From: Prorocentrum cordatum
Taxonomy: Eukaryota
Reading direction: 5' to 3'
NCBI GenBank assembly: GCA_963575745.1
Contig: CAUYUJ010000016.1
Span: 1-64,000 of the forward strand
DNA length: 64,000 bases
Under the pieces are notes generated by a model. The model saw nothing but the letters and a program-made list of their open reading frames with translations, was not told the origin of the DNA and did not search any database. The first letter of the stretch is position 1. Every line of letters begins with the position of its first letter. Positions 50,740-64,000 of this stretch are shown piece by piece. The translations under genes and the position numbers were made by a program.

Positions 50740-52331
50740 CCCGTCACCCCCCTCACTTTGGCACACCCCTCACACGCTTCGTGGCCCCAAAGGGAGCTGC
50801 ACCTAAGGCCCCAGTGGTTGCGCCCGCATGCCGCCACCGCCTCATTTTTGTACAACCCTCACACGTTTCGTGGCCCCACAAGGAGCTCCACCCAAGGACC
50901 CGGTGGCTGCGCCCGCATGCCGCCACCCCCTCATTTTGGCACACCCCTTACGCGTTTCGTGGCTCCGTTGGGAGCTACATCTAAGGCCCCAATGGCTGCG
51001 CCTGCATGCCACCACCCCATGACTTTGGCACACCCGTGACACGTTCCGTGGTACCATAGAGAGCTCCACCCAGGCCCCAGTGGCTGCGCTCGCATGCCGC
51101 CACCCTTTCGCTGTGGCACACCCTTCACACATTTCGTGGTCCCATAAAGGAGCTGCGCCTAGGGCCCCACTGGTTTTGCCCGCATGGCGCCACCCCTTCA
51201 TATTTATACACCCCTGCACATTTCGTGGCCCTATAGGGAACTCCACCTAAGGTCCCAATGGTTGCGCCCGCATGCCGCCACCCCCTCACTTTGGCATACC
51301 CCTCACACGTTTCGTGGCCAACAAGGGGAGCTCCAACCAAGGACCCAGTGGTTGCGCCCGCATGCCGCCACCGCTTCATTTTTGTTCAACCATCACACGT
51401 TTCGTGGCCCCACAAGGAGCTCCACCCAAGGCCCCGGTGGCTGCGCCCGCATGCCGCCACCCCATCATTTTGGCACACCCCTTACGCGTTTCGCGGCCAA
51501 CAAGGGGAGCTACATCTAAGGCCCCAATGGCTGCGACCGCATGCCGCCACCTCCTCATTTTGGCAAACCCGTCACACGTTTCGTGGTCCCATAGGGAGCT
51601 CCACCTTAAGGCCCCAATGGCTGCGCCCGCATGCCGCCACCCCCTGACTTTGGAACACTTCTCGTACGTTCCGTGGCCCCAAAGGGAGCTGCGCCTACGG
51701 CTCCAGTGGTTGCGCCCGCACGCCGCCACCGCCTCATGTTTGTACACCCCTCACACGTTTCGTGTGCCCACAAGGAGCTTCACCTAAGGCCCCGGTGGCT
51801 GCGCCCGCATGCCGCCACCCCCTCATTTCGACACACCCCTTACGCGTTTCGTGGCTCCGTAGGGTGCTACATCGAAGGCCCCAATGGCTGCGCCCGCATG
51901 CCGCCACCCCATGACTTTGGCACACCCGTGACACGTTCCGTGGTCCCATAGGGAATCTCACCTAAGGCCCCAGTGGCTGCGCCCGCATGCCGCTACCCCT
52001 TCGCTTTGGCACACTCCTTACGCATTTCGTGGTCCCCTAAGAAGCTCCCCCCACCTGTTGCGCCCGCATGCTGCCATCCCCTCATGTCGGTACACCGGTC
52101 ACACGTTTCGTGGCCGCACAGGGAGCTCCACCTAAGGCCCCAGAGGCTGCGCTCGCATGCCGCCACCCACTCATTTTGGCACACCACTCGAATCTCGTGA
52201 CCCCACAAGGAGCTCCACCCAAGGCCCCGGTGGCTGCGCTCGCATGCCGCCCCTCCCTCATTTTGGCACACTCTCACACGCTTCGTGGGCCCATCCTAAG
52301 GCCCCAATGGCTGCGCCCGCATGCCGCCACA
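50740..52331. repeat. Satellite, ~89-bp unit, about 18 copies
   Basis: GCGCCCGCATGCCGCCACC recurs about every 89 bp; unit also has CACGTTTCGTGG and GGAGCTCCACCTAAGGCCCC. Confidence 0.93.
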
Positions 52332-52739
52332 GTCTCATACTGTAGTAGTGCTCTCGAATTGTTGTCCTGTGGAGGTAGCATTGCGGTGGTAGCGCTGGTT
52401 TTTGTAGTAATGTAATAATGCTGCAATAATGCTGTGGTAGTAAGCAGTACTTTACTACTGTGATGACAATAGTACTCTAGCACTGGCAGTAGTAGTCGTG
52501 CTGACATTCTGTAATCGTATTTCTCTGTCACTGTAGTACTGTGGTAATGTACTAGTGTTGTAGTTATGTAGTTCTTTAGGGGTCGCACTGAACTAGCACT
52601 CCAATGCAAACGTGTTACTTCAGTAGTACTCTGATACGAGTACCAATGCGGGCAATCTGATATTATAGTAGTCGTGATCTCGTCCTGGCTGTAGTAGTGG
52701 TGGTGTAGTACCGTGGTATTGAAATGTTATATATCGTAC

Positions 52740-58140
<5,401 letters not shown>

Positions 58141-58477
58141 CAGTAATACGTCAGTCACGAACTATAGAAAAGCGGGGGCGGGCAGGGCAGGTGGAGGAGT
58201 TTGACGGGGCCGAAATGTTGAGCGGGGATATTCAAAAAAGAGCAGCCACGTTACGGAAAGTAACGACCCACCACGAACATGAAAGGTCACCGCCAGCAAC
58301 AAACATTCTCGCAAAACACGCAGGGGTGGATTCGACCATTTAACCGAGGGGAGCCCCATTTCCTTCCTCCGTTTCCCTTCCTCTTGCTCCCCCCTCGAGC
58401 ATCCCACTTCTCGCTCCCTCCCTTCCTCCCTCCCTCTCTCTCTGTATGTATGTCAAGCTGCCTGTCTTTTTTTGTTG

Positions 58478-58508
<31 letters not shown>

Positions 58509-61500
58509 CATCGTCTCTCTTTCTCACCTTCTCTCTCTCTCTCGCTCTCTCGTCGTGTTCCCTCTCTATTGTTATTCTCTCTCTCTCTCTTTCTTTCTCC
58601 GTCTCTATCACACTCCATCTCTCTCCCTCTCTCTCGCTCCGTCTCTCTCTCCCTCTCTCTCTCTCTCCCTGATTCTCGCTACCTCTCTCTCTCGCTCGCT
58701 CCCTCTCTCTATCTTACCTCTCGTATGCTCTCTCTTCCTCTCTCTCTCTCCCTCTTTCTCTCTCCCCCTCTGCCTTCCTCCCTCCCTCCCCCCCTTGCCC
58801 TCCATGTCCCTCCCCTCCTCTGCCATTACGTGCTGCTCAGGTTGTTGCTTCATATTCTCTCTGTCTCTCTCCCTCTCTCTTTCTTGCTCCCTCTCGTTTT
58901 CTCCCTATCGGCTTCCTCTCTTCCTTTTCCTCCCTCTCGCTTTCCCGCTTCCTCCCTCTCGTTTGTTGTTTCCTATTCGATCTCTCTCTCTCTCTCTCTC
59001 TCTTTTTCCCTCTCGTTCTCTCTTAAATATCTCCCTCCGCAACCCCTTGTATCACCCTTTAGCTCTTGCACCCCCCCCCCGCAGCACTGCGCCCTTTCTG
59101 GCGGCCCTCCGTCTTGGCACTCCCCGGCTATTCTCGGCCCGGCCGCGGCCCATCTGAGGGGCAACGATCGGGGGGCGGTGACTGATCCTCCTCTAAGGGG
59201 AGGAGGAGGAGGAGGAGGAGGAGGAGGAGGAGGAGGAGGAGGAGGAGGAGGAGAAGGAGGAGGAGGAGGAGGAGGAGGAGTGGGGCAACGATCTGACGAT
59301 AGGAGGAGGATGTGGGGTAACGATTGCAACGATCGGGGGGACTTGCGTAGGGGGGGGCACATCGACCTAGAATCGGCGATGCAGCGCCTATGGATCGGCG
59401 GTAGGCCCCCGAAAGTAAATCCGCACGTTCCTGGGCAGGTTGGGGGGGGACTATCGGCTACCTCTCGGCGATCAGTGGGCGATGGGGGGTCGATGCGACC
59501 CCCATCCCTGTGTCTATCCCCCCCTACCGTTGCCCCTGACCGTCTCTCAAGTCCAACTTCCCTCCATCGCCTCAGGCGGGTGGAGGGTGACCCAAATTGG
59601 GGGGTGAAGAAATAGGTCCCAAAGTGGCCCTTGAAGGCTCCTTTTGGAGCCCACCCGCCCGATTCTTTCCTCCACTCGCCATCATCCGTCGCATCTGGGG
59701 TGGTCACCCCGTCGCATCCTTTCGACCCACCTTCGCCCGCCATCACCGGTCGCGCCAAGGCTGCGGCGTCGTGCGGCTGTGACCCGCTCGGGGGGGATGT
59801 TGCCGTGGCCCCGCCCCGGGGGTGGCTGCGCCGCACGCCTCGATTGCCGCCACGGTGCAGAGACGGAGCGGACTGGCAGGCAGGATGGGGGGGAACATCT
59901 GTTTTAGAAGAGGCGGGGAGGATCGAGGCTTTTGGACGTGTTTGACTGTTCTCGTGCCTCCAGCTCTGGCAACGTCTGCCCCCCCCCCCCCCCCCCCACC
60001 CAGGGGCCGCTGGGAGGGGAAGAAGGGGAGGGGCCAGTAGCAGCGGCAAGAGAGAGCTGAAGGCTGCGAGGAGGACCTGGAAAATATGTCTTGTTTCCGT
60101 CCGTGACCGCCCGCCGTCTGACAAGAGACTGCAGATGCTCCTGCTGCTACTGCTGCTGTTGCCGCTGCTGCTCCTTCCTCCCTCCGTCGTTCTCCGACTC
60201 GGACTCGTTATCCTTCAACCACCACCTCCTCCTCCTCTTCTATTCTTTTGCACTGGCCTGTCATTCGGTGAGATCCTGTCCTCCCTCCTCCCCATCTGCC
60301 TCTTCGTCCACCCTCCACCTTCTCCTCCTCTCCTCCTTCACCCAAAAGGGAAGGGGGATGGAGACAGGAGGGAAGGGAGAATGTCTCACCCTTTCTCAGT
60401 TCAACCCGTCATCTTCGCATGTGCGTAGAGTCGTGGCGGGGGGATGCAGCCCCTGCAAGGGGATGTTGGATGACAAATCAAAAACATGCAAAAACACTCA
60501 AACATAGCCAAACAATACTCAAAACATCGTTCCCAGTTTTTGTGTATTTTATGTGTGCTTATATATATATATATTAAAACACTATTTTTGTTTATTCCTC
60601 CTGTCGAGGGACAAGCCCGAGTCAGAGCTGTTACCCTGCGCCCTCCTCCTCGCAGCCGACCGCGAGGAGCACGGGGCGCTCCACGAGAGCGGCAGACGGG
60701 TGGGGGGCGAGCGCGGACGTCGCGCACGAGAGCGAGCAGGTAACCGAGGCACCGGGTCCGCCTGCAACACCAAACATCCACGCAGCGCACACAGTGCGTG
60801 CACGTGAGCTCCACGTGTGCCTGCGTCGAAACACAGCAATGGAGGCTGGCCATTCCACGAGAGACCTTCCAGAAGAAACCCGACCCCGAGACCCCAGGAC
60901 GTCAACTGGTTCTTGGCGTGGGAGCGTCGCGCTCTCCATGGCAAAGCCACCGAAACCCAAGACATCCAGGGCACCCTGGAGGCAAGAAGGGTGTTTCTTG
61001 ACATGGGCCCCCACTGTATCTGCGTCGAAAGAAGCCTGCTGAGCGCACGCTGAACGAACGCCAGACAAGCTGGGCATTGAAGGGGCCGCCCTGCTGCTGG
61101 ATCGCGGCCATTCACCAACCCATCGCGGCCATGCCTCAATCAGGGTTATGCGGCTCGGAGCCAGCCAGTCGCGGGCCCTGCGCCTAGCAGCGTTGTGCGG
61201 CTCGGTCGGACACGGGAGGGCCTGGGAATCGAGCGTCGCCGACCCTCCGGCGACTCGGTCGCCGCACCGTCGGCAGACGACTGACGGCCCCGACCGGCGG
61301 ATCCGATCCCCGTCGCACGCGCTTGCGCATCCGCCTCAGGGCCGGCAGCAGCAGCAGCCACGTTTCCACCTTGATGCGCCACTCGGGCTGTGCAGCAGCC
61401 CGAGGGGGAAACGAAGAGCGGGGACAGCAGCAGATACATACGCCCATTCTTTATGTCTAAAAATTCGGCTGCGTTGAGGACTGCGTCGCGATCCGTTCAC

Positions 61501-63674
61501 TCCGAATCGCAAGAGCGCCTCGCTGTCACGCCACAGCGTGATCCCACACTTGGAGAGTATCCAGTCCCCCCGATGAGAACTGAGAGCGGGGCTCCGAAAC
61601 TCGAAAGCAAGTCACCCCCTCGTTCTGGCGACTCCTGGCTAGACAGGCCACGCAGAAAATCCCAATATTGCCCGAGAGATCACCAAGTATCTAGGCGATC
61701 ACAGAGAAATGTGAATCGGCATCAGTACCTGTCTACATCAAGGAAAGCAATGGGATAATGTTGATGTACCCCTAAGCCCCCCAACAAATTTTTGATTAAA
61801 CGACGAAATCATGTTCACGCAAAGCCGCCCGATACGCTCGCTACGATCTTCGTCTCGTGGGCGAAGGACGGCGGGCGCGCGCAGACTGTCCCAAATGTCT
61901 TCAGGGCCTAAGAGCAGCTCGATCCCGTCGGTCTCCCACTCCATTGTGCTCAAGGTCCGCGTCTCGACGGGGAGTGTGTCCATGCAAGGCAGACTGGCCA
62001 TGGCGTCCGCGTCCCTGGAATCCTCGCGAGCGTTCATGAACGCCGCGCTGAATGCAGTGAGCTGGCGCAAATCCAGATGGGCGTGCGAAGCTCTGAGAAT
62101 CTCGTCTGCGTAAGCGATGGGCAGCCAGCCGCGCAAAGGGGACCTCAGAATGTTTCGAAACCGAATGTATACCTCCGACATCGTGCCGTATGACCTCGGC
62201 GATAGAAGCACTCGCCCAGACTCTCAGAAGCATTGCAGCCTGCATCAACCAGTGTCGATGGTGCAGTGCTCGGGGCCGCAGGGGCCACGCGATCAATGCC
62301 AGCTATGGGTAGCACAGCGAGACGAGGGAGCAGAAGTGCTTCACGAGGTACCTGATGAGTGCGGACAAACTTAAGGATGTGTGCGCTCGCTTGCATCCGG
62401 GCCTCACGCCCTGCAGCCAGCCGCCCGCGGCGCCAGCGGCGGCGCGAGCTCGGGCCACGGGCCCGCGAGCGCCGAGGGGCCACGCATCCCATAGGGCGGC
62501 CCGCGCACGGGGCCAGGCAGATGGCCGCCGTCATCGGGGGGGGCGCTGCGGCGAGTGAAATCGTCGCGACTCGGCGAGCATCATCCCCAGGCCGTAGGGC
62601 GGCCAGTTTGATCCAGGGTGGCCTCATACGACGAAACATTTTGCTTTGGGAGATCGATGGGCACGCTGGTCAAGCTCTGAACTTCCTCGGGAGTCCGAAG
62701 GCTTCTGTGGGCCCCCCTTTACGAACCGGTGATATGACATGTTCGTGGGGCACCGGCTCCCAGGTCAGTTTCTCATGTGACGTGCCTACTGCACTTTGTT
62801 CCCCACAGGGTATGGCGGTACCCTCGTCGCACTAGCGACGGTGACGGGATGTTCGACCTTACTCTGATCGATGAGACTTGAGCGTCAGGCGAATCCAGCC
62901 TGCTGTTCTCGAATATTGTGATGGCTCAACATGGAGTGGACCATGTACTGCCGAAGGGTGAGCATCCCCCCATGTGCGTTGACTTCGCGGGTAAACCTTC
63001 TGAGTCCATCAAGTTCGCTGGAACCCAGTTCCTCTTCATCGATGGCTCCGCGAGCTTCTCAGCGGGGCCTGCAGGGGTAATCCAAGCAATTGGCATTACG
63101 ATCAGACAGCCCTTTCTCGGGGAACAACGCTCCTCCTCGATGTATTTTAACAAATGGACAAGGGAACGCACCGTGATCCAGCAAGTCTGGGCAGACTGCA
63201 CGGCACTTCTCTCTGGCGGCCAGCGGTCGTCCTTGGACCGGCACCCTCCCCTGGGTGAGCATTGGCGTCTCACTCGTGCCATCCCGCCCAGGTGGGACAC
63301 CAGCAAAGCTGCATCACATCGGAGCGAGAAGCAGGCAAGCAGTGAGGGCGAACATGTGCGGATGAGGGGAGTCGGTTTGCGGACTGGCAATCTGCAGCGG
63401 GCACCTCAGGAAAACGAGCTCAAGCCATCGGACGTCGACACAGTTCAGCAGGCGAGGGCCAAGATTACGTCCTTCGCTCTGGTCGCTGTCAAAAGGCTGG
63501 GCTTTTGGCCCAGCTGAGGAACTCTCCCGCAATTTTTACAAGGACGAACCTCAACATGAACATGACTTTCGGAGGTCCGTGCGGATTTCTCGGATCGGTG
63601 CTGGGCCACCTTGGAGATTTAGAAGCATTCCGAGGCCCCCCCCCGATTATACAGCGGGCTCGGCCGTTTCTGCA

Positions 63675-63781
63675 ACCTCAGATCGCTCAACATCGATCGA
63701 GTCTGGGTCGCCAGCGGCATTCAACGCTGAACGCCGGCGGCGAGGTCGCCGCCGGTCGACACAACGCGAACCTACCGTAGG
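63675..63781 (+). repeat. Dispersed repeat shared with 49855-49954
   Basis: TCTGGGTCGCC...GGTCGCCGCCGGTCGACAC.ACGCGAACCTACCGTAGG in both. Confidence 0.8.
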
Positions 63782-64000
63782 ATAATTTCCAAAGGGATGT
63801 CTTCACCTGTGACGGGCTGCGGTGGCGATGCCCACGGTGCACTAGGCGGTTTTGAGATCCTTTGAAGACCCATGGCCCGACCGTCGCGCGTGGTGGGGGC
63901 CACTGGATGGTGAGGGGTTCAATGCTCGCTCCTTGTACACCGCTCGCGCCATCCTGCACCGCATCCCTGCCCTCTTTCGGGACATATGGCAAATTCGGGA

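Noticed and set aside
50740..52331. CRISPR-like regular array
   Set aside because: Whole units are homologous with no unique spacers, no cas genes, eukaryotic context; the same applies to 2350-2710

Overview
GC-rich, microsatellite-saturated eukaryotic DNA, almost certainly a dinoflagellate nuclear genome: it contains two exact copies and one single-mismatch copy of the 22-nt dinoflagellate spliced leader (DinoSL, DCCGTAGCCATTTTGGCTCAAG). No intact host gene is evident, and most ORF-track entries are artefacts of (GAG)n, (GAT)n, (TAG)n, (GT)n and (ATGT)n repeats. The main content is non-LTR retroelements, three of which start exactly at a DinoSL beside a microsatellite. (1) 9804-17646 (+): a full-length, lightly decayed LINE with a zinc-finger/coiled-coil ORF1 and an ORF2 ordered RNase H - APE endonuclease - RT - two C2H2-type fingers - C5 cytosine methyltransferase, with a 12-bp TSD. 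(2) 32660-34204 (-): a 1.5-kb SL-capped, RT-less element with one intact 493-aa ORF, a 17-18-bp TSD and the same 3' motif (GAACAGACC) as element 1. (3) About 38.7-46.17 kb (-): a decayed SL-capped APE-RT-RNase H LINE. (4) About 21.7-25.4 kb (-): a 5'-truncated RT-RNase H LINE. The rest is several MITE/foldback families, two unrelated ~90-bp tandem arrays, a ~5.7-kb (TAG)n tract with an assembly gap, and a few candidate minus-strand micro-exons. All domain calls come from motif recognition by eye; no searches were run.
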